Virus record (IMG/VR): IMGVR_UViG_3300037113_000050
Coordinates: 1 to 52,744 of that record
Direction: 5' to 3' (one strand)
Origin: a virus
Taxonomy: Duplodnaviria; Caudoviricetes
DNA length: 52,744 nucleotides
The first letter of the stretch is position 1. Every line of letters begins with the position of its first letter. Below the pieces are notes generated by a model, which did not search any database, had not been told where the DNA came from, and worked only from the letters and a program-made list of their open reading frames with translations. A program made the position numbers and the translations under genes. Shown here one piece after another: positions 16,680 to 26,600 of this stretch.

Positions 16680-17908
16680 ACCTGTTGTTGGAGTTTTTCA
16701 ATCTCCGCACTCATCGCGTCCGTGCCACCCACTTCCTCGCCGCCGGCCTGCATCCCGCCGCCCGACTCACCGCCCGCGCCAGGGTCGCTCCCTTGCAACT
16801 TCAAAACAGTCGCCTCAAGCTCGGCAATCTTTGCCGTGTTCTGCTTGATTAAAATCTGGTTGGCCGGCCACGCCGACGCCCACCGCCGAATTAACGCCGA
16901 CGACTGCGCGCGCTGCTCCGGTGATTTCTGGTTGAACCCGGTGGAATTCGAGTCCACAAATTGAACGCCTTGTTGCAGGGCTTGATTGAACTCGTCATTG
17001 CCTTCAATCGGAGCGAAATACTGCGGGAATTTCTCCACTAGCAGCTTGTCGTATTCGCCAAACACTCTCTGGCCGGTTTGCAGCTCGCTTTGGAACCGCT
17101 GTTGCTGTTGCTGCCGTTCGCTCTGGAAACCGTTGCGCTTGGCCTCAATTTCATCGTTGGCCACGTCCTCAATACCTTTCAACTCACGCGCCAGTGACAA
17201 AACGACATCCGCATCCTCACCGAACAACGCCTTAGCCTGCCGCCGCTGTTCTACCTGTGAATCGCCAAAAGACCTGATTTTACCGAAGTCAGCCAGTGTC
17301 GCCGGGCGTTGAACATCATTCTCTGTGACCTGAATCCCATTCAATTCGGTCTGGACGGTCTGAAAAATCTTGTCCGCCTTGGCCTGATACTTAGCCTTGA
17401 ACTCCGGCGCTTCCCGGTAGTCACGCGAGTAAAGCTCGGCTTCAAGCTGTTGCTGGCGGGTCTCCAACTGCGTGTATTTGGCTTCCTGCTCCGGCGTGAG
17501 GAACTTCTTGGCCTCAAGCTGCTTCATGGATTGCTCCGTCGTGAACAACTTGCCCTTCAATTCGCGCTCGGTTGACTCAAATCGGGACTTCAACGCCTCG
17601 TGCGCCTCCTTGAACTGCTTGGGGGCGGTTTTCCAGTCCAGAACAGGGGTAGCAGGCTTGGCTGGTACCGGGGATGGCTTGGCCACAGGCACGAATTTTG
17701 TGGCAGGGGGCGGTGTTGACGCTGGTTTTGCTTCCGGCGGCGCTGGCGGGACAGCGGGAGCCGTCTCGGCGACTGGCGCTGACGTTGGTTCGGCGGGGGC
17801 GGCTGCTGGGGCTGCGGAAGTCGCCGCGTTCATTTCAGCAACCATCTGGTCAGCCATGTCGCCGTTGCCAGTGGAAGCATTGGGGGGTAGTGTAGTATCG
17901 TTTGCCAT
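16676..17908 (-). CDS. Putative scaffolding protein
   Basis: Pro/Ala-rich N-terminus, long coiled coil, between portal and capsid. Confidence 0.5.
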   Translation of the reverse strand: MANDTTLPPNASTGNGDMADQMVAEMNAATSAAPAAAPAEPTSAPVAETAPAVPPAPPEAKPASTPPPATKFVPVAKPSPVPAKPATPVLDWKTAPKQFKEAHEALKSRFESTERELKGKLFTTEQSMKQLEAKKFLTPEQEAKYTQLETRQQQLEAELYSRDYREAPEFKAKYQAKADKIFQTVQTELNGIQVTENDVQRPATLADFGKIRSFGDSQVEQRRQAKALFGEDADVVLSLARELKGIEDVANDEIEAKRNGFQSERQQQQQRFQSELQTGQRVFGEYDKLLVEKFPQYFAPIEGNDEFNQALQQGVQFVDSNSTGFNQKSPEQRAQSSALIRRWASAWPANQILIKQNTAKIAELEATVLKLQGSDPGAGGESGGGMQAGGEEVGGTDAMSAEIEKLQQQV

Positions 17909-17911
17909 AAA

Positions 17912-18190
17912 TTATTTAGTCTCAACTCCGGGCGTGCCGTCGCCATCAAGAAACGTCAGCGACTTCACCGGCAGCCGCGTCAACTTCACTTCATCCGCCG
18001 CAAGCCCATTCAGAATTTCGATGAAACGGTTCGCGCCGTTGATCTCCTGATCGGTCGCGCCACGGTTCGCCAAGTCGGCCAGCGCGTAAATCACCGCCGT
18101 TTTGAACCAAGGCTTTTGAGACTCCTCAAGCAGAGTGTCCGCGTGAGGAGAATGGAACTTCTTGAAGTCGGATTTTGGGTCTAAGGACAT
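17912..18190 (-). CDS. Hypothetical protein
   Basis: ORF in the late operon. Confidence 0.6.
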   Translation of the reverse strand: MSLDPKSDFKKFHSPHADTLLEESQKPWFKTAVIYALADLANRGATDQEINGANRFIEILNGLAADEVKLTRLPVKSLTFLDGDGTPGVETK

Positions 18191-18339
18191 TTCTTTTTTG
18201 GTTTTTTGATTTTCAACACCTTGGCGAGCGCCTCAACGATGATGTCATTCGCAATGAGCGTTCGAGACACTTTGAATTTCAGTGTTTCGTTATACTCATC
18301 AATCATCTTTACGGCGGTATCGCTCAACTCAACTTGCAT
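18181..18339 (-). CDS. Small ribbon-helix-helix-like protein (52 aa, below ORF-track cutoff)
   Basis: MQVELSDTAVKMIDEY...SRTLIANDIIVEAL strand-helix-helix pattern. Confidence 0.4.
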   Translation of the reverse strand: MQVELSDTAVKMIDEYNETLKFKVSRTLIANDIIVEALAKVLKIKKPKKKCP

Positions 18340-18381
18340 GGACTCAACTTAACCACGTCCAGTTGAATCAGTCAAACATTA

Positions 18382-20703
18382 TTATTCTCCCCCAGTCTCC
18401 ACTTGGCTTGCCGACCGGATGGCTTCAAGCGCCCGCTCGAAAGTTTCATTCATCATATCCTGCTTGTGGGCAATGTCCTCGCGCTTGATGTCCGCCATCA
18501 GCTCCATGTCCTTGCGGGCCTCATCCAGTTTAAATTGCAGCATATCCTGATTGGCTTTCGCCTGCGCCTTCTGCTGTGTAATCGCCGCCTTGATCTTGGC
18601 CCCCATGATGGTGGACTGCGCTTTCGCCGCCGCCTGCGGGTCGCCCTGCTGTTTATTCTGCGCGGCCTGTTTCGCCTGATTTTGCCGTTGTGCGAACGCC
18701 TTGATGAGATTCACGATCTTGCCAAGTGCATCCCCCAACTGCTTCACCAACTGCTTTTGCTGGTCGTCAGCCGCAAGAATCATCACGTGTTGGTTGATGT
18801 TCTGAACCACTGTCACCAATCCGATTAAATCGTTTGGCGTGCCCATGTTGTCCGAACCGCTGATGCGCTGAACCACTGTTCCAAGCATCTTGAGCAGCGC
18901 CATGACGTAACCCTGCTGGTCAATGCCTTGGCGGATGCTCACTTGGTTGCCGGTCATCAAAGTTCCAAACACATTCTCAGCCATGTAGGTGCCATCGGTG
19001 GCCGTAACCGGCGTGGCCGGAACGAGCAACGCAGCTTTGGCCGGGTCGTCTAGCATGGATTGTGTTGCCAGCCGCAGAATCGTCTGTTGCGCCTTCGGGT
19101 CGAACATATTTTTGACCTGCAAAAGCCAAAGCGCCTGTTGCTGCGCCAAAGATTTATCACCGCCGCCCAGCACGCGCTCCGGCGTCACCTTCCACGCGTC
19201 CGGGTCGGTCATGTATTCCTTCGGCACACCCTCTTTGATGCACCGGGCCTGAAATGCCTTGATGTCCGGGTCGGTGGGCGACTCCTGACAGAAGCGGCGT
19301 TTCAACTCGTCGTAGTAGAAGCCCTCCTGCAGATACATCGTTTGCAGCATGGCGGAAACCAGCACGTTCGCCTGGTTCACCTTAATCATGGCCTCTTTCG
19401 CCGTCATCTGCTTCTCGCCGCCGGTGTCCTGTGACGCGACGTAGGATGAAGATGAAGACTGCATGATTTGACTCATCTGCCCCATCGCGTCACCAATTAG
19501 GTTGGCGTCAATCTGTTGCCGCTGATCTCGTGGAATGATTTCCATCCCGTCCTGAATGAATCCGTATTGGGAAAGAATCTGCTGCTTGGCGCGGTCTCGG
19601 TCGGCGGGGTCTTTGATGCGAAAATACATCTTCATGTGCTCGAATACCGCCTGCACGAATTCGCACCGCAGCCGGTTCAACGTCTCGACTGGCGAGTAGA
19701 GGTCAATCCCCAGCCCGCGAACAGTGTGATACTTGAGCGGAGCGACGTAGTTGCTGTCACCGTATTGCACATTGATGATCTGGCTGATGTCATCCGCAAA
19801 TGGCTCGTCGGTGCCATCGAACAGGAACTTCTTTTCAATGTCCTTGATCTTTCCGCCGATGTTTTCACGCGGATAGACTACGCGATACCATTTGTTCGGC
19901 GTGTCCATTTCCTGATAGAAGAACTGCACGAGCCGAACCTTGGGAATGGCATCGGAATAATAGTAACCTGAATTCTCAAAGAAAATCTGCTTCATGGCCT
20001 CCGGTTGGTCGCGCCAGGTTGACGGTGTGGACTCGTTGTAAAGGTCTTTGTGACCATCAAGAATCTGGTCCACCATGTCCTGATTCCACCCCTTCTTCGC
20101 CTTGTCACCCTTCGCCATTTCAATCAACTCGCCGATGGTCAGATACAGATTCACCGCGAAGTAGCGCAGATTCGAGAAGTCACACTTCGTCTCGGTCGGT
20201 ATCAGTAAATCTTCCATGCCAACAAAACGTGGACGCCAGATATACGGGTTGGCCCACATCATTGCGCCGACACCGTGCATACATACCGAGGCGTTGCGGT
20301 CTTTGACGAGGAAGAAGTTCTTGCGCCCACTGATACCCTCCTGCAAAGGAATGTGAATGTTTTTTGTGAAGGTGGCCGACCAAGCATCACGCTTGTCAAC
20401 CGGCCCTTCGCGCAGCGAGCATTGAAACAGCGTGCCGGGATGCAACAGGGCATTATTCAACTGCGAATTGGCATCGCGCATGATGCGTTTGCCTTCACCC
20501 CAATTTACATTCACCTGAATGTTGTATTTTTCCTCCTCGTCGCTGGTGTAAGGTCGCTTCCCGTTGAAGAGGTCATTGATCTTGGCCCGGTCACTGGCTC
20601 GATCATCCTCGACATCTTGTAAACTCTTGACGACGTTGATAACTTCCTTGGGACTACCAAATTCCTTTTTCTTGTCCGGTTTTTTGTCTTTGGTTTCAGC
20701 CAT
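18382..20703 (-). CDS. Portal protein (putative)
   Basis: 773 aa with a Gln/Ala-rich helical C-terminus and TAKEA motif typical of podovirus portals. Confidence 0.7.
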   Translation of the reverse strand: MAETKDKKPDKKKEFGSPKEVINVVKSLQDVEDDRASDRAKINDLFNGKRPYTSDEEEKYNIQVNVNWGEGKRIMRDANSQLNNALLHPGTLFQCSLREGPVDKRDAWSATFTKNIHIPLQEGISGRKNFFLVKDRNASVCMHGVGAMMWANPYIWRPRFVGMEDLLIPTETKCDFSNLRYFAVNLYLTIGELIEMAKGDKAKKGWNQDMVDQILDGHKDLYNESTPSTWRDQPEAMKQIFFENSGYYYSDAIPKVRLVQFFYQEMDTPNKWYRVVYPRENIGGKIKDIEKKFLFDGTDEPFADDISQIINVQYGDSNYVAPLKYHTVRGLGIDLYSPVETLNRLRCEFVQAVFEHMKMYFRIKDPADRDRAKQQILSQYGFIQDGMEIIPRDQRQQIDANLIGDAMGQMSQIMQSSSSSYVASQDTGGEKQMTAKEAMIKVNQANVLVSAMLQTMYLQEGFYYDELKRRFCQESPTDPDIKAFQARCIKEGVPKEYMTDPDAWKVTPERVLGGGDKSLAQQQALWLLQVKNMFDPKAQQTILRLATQSMLDDPAKAALLVPATPVTATDGTYMAENVFGTLMTGNQVSIRQGIDQQGYVMALLKMLGTVVQRISGSDNMGTPNDLIGLVTVVQNINQHVMILAADDQQKQLVKQLGDALGKIVNLIKAFAQRQNQAKQAAQNKQQGDPQAAAKAQSTIMGAKIKAAITQQKAQAKANQDMLQFKLDEARKDMELMADIKREDIAHKQDMMNETFERALEAIRSASQVETGGE

Positions 20704-20706
20704 AAA

Positions 20707-21387
20707 TTATTTCTTTCGGGTTTCAGATTGCTCCATCTTCTCGCGCAGGCTAGTCATTAGCACGGCGCTTTTGTCGCGGTGTAAAACCACAGCTTCCGGG
20801 TTTATTGTCGTGCTTTCTTCCCAAATTGCAACTTCCTGAACCAGCCGCGTCTTGGTCGAGGCGGGAATAATGACTTGCCCGGCGTTCATGTTGAACATGC
20901 TGTTGTCATTCAGGTACGGCTCAAGGTCGTTGATCGCGTCGTGCGGATAAACAGCCACACGCGCAAGGAAAAGCTCGCTGGCCTTCATCCATGAGCCGGA
21001 ATAACGCTTCGGCTGCGAGTAGTGGGCATCGGTGATGGCCTTGAGCCAGCCAGCTTTGAGCGGCACAGTGTCCGGTTCAAGCCACAGCCATGGCAGCGTG
21101 AACCGTCTGGCCACCGTTTCGGCGGCAACCCGGAACAGTGTGTTGACATGGACGTTTTTGTTCTGGCTGACGACTGCCGGCGCGGACACGACATCCACGG
21201 TTTCAAACGCAACCTGCGCCGCCAGTTCAACCTTCGCCCGCATCTCCGCGTGAACGTCGCCAGCGACGACGAGCAGCGCGTGGCCTTTCTGGACACGCTT
21301 ATTGAGGAGAAAAATCCAGTCACACAAATGTTCAGCGAGAATCGCATCATTTACAGAGAACGGAATGACAACGAGTATTTTGTTCAT
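20707..21387 (-). CDS. Glycosyltransferase-like protein, paralogous to the N-domain of 12631-13914
   Basis: PWLWLEPDTVP...GW and AVVLHRDK versus PFIWMEPDSIP...GW and AVIFHSDK. Confidence 0.55.
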   Translation of the reverse strand: MNKILVVIPFSVNDAILAEHLCDWIFLLNKRVQKGHALLVVAGDVHAEMRAKVELAAQVAFETVDVVSAPAVVSQNKNVHVNTLFRVAAETVARRFTLPWLWLEPDTVPLKAGWLKAITDAHYSQPKRYSGSWMKASELFLARVAVYPHDAINDLEPYLNDNSMFNMNAGQVIIPASTKTRLVQEVAIWEESTTINPEAVVLHRDKSAVLMTSLREKMEQSETRKK

Positions 21388-21755
21388 GGTTTAAATTCTT
21401 TCCGCAGCCAGCACGACTGGTCGAACTTTACCAGCCCATCGGCGTCAAGTCCGAGTCTGTCCAATTTCAGCCAGCACTTCAATTTTATTACGCAGCCGCA
21501 CCCTGAACAGGTGTGTAGCGACTTCTCGCCATTCAGCCGAAGATTGATCTTGTTCTTGATCTCAACCTGCTTACGGATGACAGCGGCAACCGTTTCCGGC
21601 AATGCGTATTCACGCACGTTCATCGGGCATTTCAAGCAGACGTTCGCACGCGCCTGCGCTTGTTCCTTGGGCACCGTATCGGCACCGTCGCCAAGCCATT
21701 CAGTGAGGATAACGACCCCATTGGCATACTGCTTTGCTTTTTCCAAGAGCCTCAT
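21384..21755 (-). CDS. Cys-rich hypothetical protein
   Basis: CLKCP and CSGCGC motifs; ATGA overlap with the upstream gene. Confidence 0.6.
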   Translation of the reverse strand: MRLLEKAKQYANGVVILTEWLGDGADTVPKEQAQARANVCLKCPMNVREYALPETVAAVIRKQVEIKNKINLRLNGEKSLHTCSGCGCVIKLKCWLKLDRLGLDADGLVKFDQSCWLRKEFKP

Positions 21756-22162
21756 CGGGGAAACGCCTTTCCGCATTTCGGGCATTTGTAGCCGGTGACC
21801 ATCCTGCCACCGCAGGAACCGCAATAGGTCGGCACCAGTCCAACATTGCACGCCGGGCATATCCGTGTAGATTGTGGCGCCGGAGCTGGCGCTGCGAGTG
21901 AAACAGGAACACCTATTTCCAAACAGTAGCCAGCCGGGTAGCGCGGGCAGTTGAATTCCACGATCTGATTGCTCACGAAAGCGTATTCAGTCCATTCCGG
22001 ATCCGGGTAAACACCGGGATTGGCCATCCGGAATTTGATGACTTGCCCCACGCGTTCCGACAGCCAAGTAGTCTCATCGTTCCATTGCGCGGCGGGCGTT
22101 CGGGGGTCGGTGTAGGTGATACCGTGTGGAGGCATTCCGATATTTGTGCGAATTATTTTCAT
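21752..22162 (-). CDS. Zinc-ribbon-containing hypothetical protein
   Basis: Three CxxC motifs at the C-terminus. Confidence 0.6.
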   Translation of the reverse strand: MKIIRTNIGMPPHGITYTDPRTPAAQWNDETTWLSERVGQVIKFRMANPGVYPDPEWTEYAFVSNQIVEFNCPRYPAGYCLEIGVPVSLAAPAPAPQSTRICPACNVGLVPTYCGSCGGRMVTGYKCPKCGKAFPR

Positions 22163-23430
22163 ACAGTTTCCATTTCCTTAACCGCCTCGTCCAGCGAGTC
22201 GGCTTCCGTGTCAAGGTCGTAGCCTTCAACCTGCTCAGCAATGTCCTTGCACTTCTTGACGGCTTCCTCTGGCGTGTTGCCAAAGGCCACAACGGAACCG
22301 ACTTGCGACATGTTCGCCAGTTGCGGCACCGCGTAGTCAACGCCGTTTATCCGGCAGTGATTGTAAATCTTCACGAACGGTCGGATTTCTTCCGGAAACC
22401 GCAACGGCATCCATTTGCCCAGCGAATGCCATTCCGATTTCAGGATGATCTGCGCGCCGCATTTGAACTCACACACAGGGTTGACCAGCTTCCCCTGCGC
22501 GCCGTTCCAAAGAATCTCCGCCAGATTGGTGAACAGGCCGGTTTCAACCTCGCCCGCCGGGGATGGGTGCCGCGCCGTGATGTCTATGAGAAACGCCTTG
22601 TCGCCCTTCTCCCGAATCTCGGTGGAGAAGAATTGCCGGTATTGATGTTCACCCAGCGGCCCGGCCAGCGCGTCATTCACAGAGCGGACATTTTCGGGCA
22701 GGTCGTCGTATTTACACACGCGGCCAAAGTAGGAACGGTCCTTCTTTTCAATCCCCACAACTGCCAAGTCCGGGAACCTCCCATCAATGCAATATCCATC
22801 GTAGCCAATTTCCTTCGCATCCGGTATCGCGTCCTCGCAAATAAAATCCAGAATGTCAGCCAGCGCGCCGTTCTTGTCCTCAATCTCACGAATCTGCCCC
22901 TCGGCCATCTCCGCATCCTTGGCAAACCACGTCTCGCCAATGCCACGGAACGCCGACAGCTTCACGAACTGGTCATTGCGGCCGGCCAGATATTCGCGTA
23001 GCGCCTTGGTGCCGGTCATGCGCTCCGTCGGGTTTTCGTCCAGACCAAGCTCTTTGAACCGCTGCCGGGTTTTCCACCGGGCAAGCTCAAGCTCGCTGCC
23101 ATTGCCGGTGCCCCATACGATTTTACCAAGTGACCGCAGATGCTCCTGAAGGTCGCCATGCCACACGTCGGGGAAAATGAACAGGTCGTAATCGTTGATG
23201 ATCGGCCAGAGATATTTCTCACGGGTGACGCCTTCCAAGCCTTCACCGATGATAAGCTCCCGTCCATCAGGAAAACCGGATTGCCAATCGTAGAAGTAGC
23301 CCACCTTCGCAAAGTCGCCGACAAGCCGTTCAGCTAACGAGCAGAAAAGCCCATTGTCCACCACGAGCACCTTTTTGGATTTCAAATCATTCATCATCGG
23401 AATCCTCCGGGAGTCCATGGTCATCGTCAT
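22159..23430 (-). CDS. ATP-grasp ligase-like protein (distantly PurD-like)
   Basis: ELELARWKT, FVKLS, EIGYDGY and LIDITARHPSP patterns resemble ATP-grasp motifs; start may be a few codons later. Confidence 0.6.
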   Translation of the reverse strand: MTMTMDSRRIPMMNDLKSKKVLVVDNGLFCSLAERLVGDFAKVGYFYDWQSGFPDGRELIIGEGLEGVTREKYLWPIINDYDLFIFPDVWHGDLQEHLRSLGKIVWGTGNGSELELARWKTRQRFKELGLDENPTERMTGTKALREYLAGRNDQFVKLSAFRGIGETWFAKDAEMAEGQIREIEDKNGALADILDFICEDAIPDAKEIGYDGYCIDGRFPDLAVVGIEKKDRSYFGRVCKYDDLPENVRSVNDALAGPLGEHQYRQFFSTEIREKGDKAFLIDITARHPSPAGEVETGLFTNLAEILWNGAQGKLVNPVCEFKCGAQIILKSEWHSLGKWMPLRFPEEIRPFVKIYNHCRINGVDYAVPQLANMSQVGSVVAFGNTPEEAVKKCKDIAEQVEGYDLDTEADSLDEAVKEMETV

Positions 23431-23448
23431 CAGTTGAACCTTCGGGCA

Positions 23449-23649
23449 TCATTTCTTAAAATTGGTTCGGTGGTTCATCGGCATGTTCCACATCTGGATC
23501 GCTGTTTCATCGTCAATCGCCCGGACACTCCGGCACGCGTTCCGGCTGCAACCGATTGTCACGGATTCTTTGCACTTGGCCACAACCGGAATGGCACCAC
23601 ACATCGGGCACCTTTGCAATTCCTTTCCGGCATGGAGGACGACTTTCAT
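23449..23649 (-). CDS. Lar (restriction alleviation)-like zinc protein
   Basis: ELQRCPMCG...C...C...AIQMWN pattern. Confidence 0.6.
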   Translation of the reverse strand: MKVVLHAGKELQRCPMCGAIPVVAKCKESVTIGCSRNACRSVRAIDDETAIQMWNMPMNHRTNFKK

Positions 23650-26600
23650 TCGCTCATCACGTTCTTTTTTGGGGTTGCTCCGCCTTTCCAGTCTTCGGTA
23701 AGGCGTCCGCCGGTTGCGGCCATTACCGTAATCGTGGTGAAGGCTTTTATCAACTGATGCTCCTGTTGTGAGTTGGGGTTTTGCGTGTAGTGAAGAACTT
23801 CCTTTAAACCTTCCTCAAATGGGATTGGCAGCATTGTTTCAGAAATAAACTCCGGCCAGGTGTAGGGCTTCACCCCTTGCGCGGCGAGACGCTTGGGCAT
23901 CGGCGGAGGCGTGCCGTATCCGGGGATTTTCGGCAGTGGTCGGTCTTGATAGTCTGCCTTCATCACAAGAGAAGTGATTGGACTCAGGAACGGGCTTTCC
24001 TGTGTTCGGAGAAATGAGCCGATGGTTTTATACATGGACTCGTCCGGGTAAATCAGATACTTGGACTTTCCGCCGTCGCTCATTCCGATTTGAACGATCC
24101 GCAGCGGGAGCCGCATCATGGTCAGGAACGGACTGCCCCATGCGAAGTTCATGCCGGCAACCCGGAACTTCATAAAGTCGGACGCCATCGGATCAATTCC
24201 CGCGCCACCCAAGGCCACTGGAACGCCGTTGAGCTTCTTTTTGTCGCCAAACAGATTGTTCAACTGCTGATTCGCCAGCAATAGCCCACCGGCAACGGCA
24301 AAGATTTTCGCCTTTTCCTTGAACTGATTCACCGTGAACCATTTTTCTTCCGGTGTCATGTTGGACATCTTGGAAAGATTGTTGATCGCACGGTACGGAT
24401 CGCCGCCCATCACTGACAAGCGGGACAGCAACAACTTTGGAGCAAACAACGCCACGTTCGCAGCCGGGTGGCTGCCAACTTTTACCACTCCGGTCATGTG
24501 GTTCACTGAATCGGAAATCGCCTTGGCCATTTCACTGGTTCGGTCTGTCTCTGCCAGCTTGTTCCATTCATTATCAAAAAGGTCTTGGCGAAGAATTTTC
24601 AGCACGGAATAACCACGCGTCCCCATGCCTTGCAGCACCTTGAACTTGCCAAGATTGGTTCTAAACCACTCGGCCATTTTAGGAAACCCTTCCGCCAGTT
24701 TGGGGTCGTTGAAATCCTCCATCTTGGCCATGTCATTCACCAACCCGGCGCGCTGGGCGACGTTGTAGTTTGGACGGCGGGCGAGTTCCACCTGTTTCAT
24801 CTCGTAATACTGCGGAGACGCCACAAGATGATACATCTCGCCAAAATTCTTCGCAAAAATAACCGGGTGAGTTGCGGCAGTGAGCGGCGCATGGGTGCCC
24901 AGCGCGACGGTGCCGTGCAATCCAACTTTCGTTGAAAACGTCACCTTGACCGAGGTGGGTAGGATTTTTGCAATCCACTTTTCCTTCGTGTTATTCACCC
25001 AGCGTTTCGCAGCCTGCTTTAAAATGCGCGCCTGCCGCTGTTTCTGCCACACGTCGTCGGCCACACGCCTCACGGTCTGGTTTTGCGCCATGCCGCGCAG
25101 AACGTCTTTGACCGGGATGCCCAAATCGGACGAAAGTTTGTAGGCAGTGTCCGTCAGGCCCAAGTTTTCCTTGTCAATGTATTCAGTCTTGGCTCGCCGC
25201 CACAGGACTTTTACTTGCTCCGGTGTCATCGGCTTTCCTTCAATGAAACCTGCGAACAGTTGGCGATTGGCTTCCAACGTGTCGGCGGGCGTCGGCGCGG
25301 CCTTCGGTTGCAGCTTCACCGCACGCTTGACCTTTTTTCGCGTCGTCTCATCCTTCCCGACAACCTTTTTGAACCCGTCCTGAAATATTTTCAGCGAGGC
25401 TTTCCAGATGGCGTCCAGATGCGGCTTGATATAGTCGCCAATTTCATCCGTCATCTCCTTTGCCCACTCCGCCGTCATCTCTGCGCTTTCAATACCTTTT
25501 TCAAAAATCTTGCTCGCGCCGTAGTCGGCGTAATCAATCATGTCCTCCGTTGAAAGTTTTCCACCCGATAGAATGGCACCAGGATCGTTGAACATCCGGC
25601 CTTCGGCGCGGCGGGCCTTGATGCGTTCAAGCGCGGATTTTGCCCGCGTGTCAAAAAATCCTTTCAGTTTATTCGCCACAAGGCGGACGTGCGGCTCAAT
25701 GACTTCCGGCTTCGGTGCGGTGGCCTCCTTTTCAATGTAGGCGTCCAGCCGGGCCTTGGTTTGGGCTAACTCTGCTTCCGCCTTTTGCACTCTTTCAGCA
25801 TGATTCTTGGCGATGGCAGCTTCTGCTGGCGATAAATCTTTCCCAGTGACTTCACGGACAGCGCGGGCAATCCCGGAGTAAGTGCTGGTTTCAATGTCCA
25901 CTTCACCTTGTTGGGTGCGTCCAGCCTTTGCCCATTCGGTCTGCATTGCCTTTGTTCGCGCCGCCCAGTCGGATTCGGTTTTATACGCCGACTTGAATTC
26001 AGGCGTATCCGTTCCAAACTTTTCCTCGGTGGCATTGGTGACTTTTGCCAGCGCTTCTTGATGCGCCCGGACAACGGCAACATCATCGCTTGAAAACCGA
26101 TTGGTTTTCTCAAAATTCCGCATTACGGATTCCGGGTCTGCGCCGCCCTGAATCAGTTGTCGTCCACGTTCAACCGATGCCTCTGGCGCTATGCCGGCAC
26201 CGGGCTGCGTCGGCTCGGTCATGTCTGCGGCCTCACGCTGTTTTCGGACACGCTCGGCCAAGCCGGTAATTTCACGGTTTGGCTGAATACCTTTTCCAAC
26301 TGGTTCAAGCGGATCACCGGGGGCCAACCCGCCCATGCTGTGAAATGTCGGCTGCTGCTTGGCGGTGATCTTGGCGGCTTCGGCGGTGGTTTGCTCGGCC
26401 TTTGCCTTCTCTGCGGCGACACGCTCGCCGTCAGACGCCTTTTCACCCGAGAGATTGAATGGCTCATCGCCCTGCAAAAGACTGCCCGTGCCTTTTTCGC
26501 CAGGGCGAAGTTTTGGAACTTCGGCGGGCTTGGCCACTTCCGGCGGCTTCACGCTTCCGGTGTCAAGTTTTCCAGCAAGTTCAGGATGATCTTTTAACGT

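Noticed and set aside
21756-21860. Extended N-terminus of ORF 21384-21860
   Set aside because: Overlaps the upstream gene; the ATGA-coupled start at 21755 is more plausible
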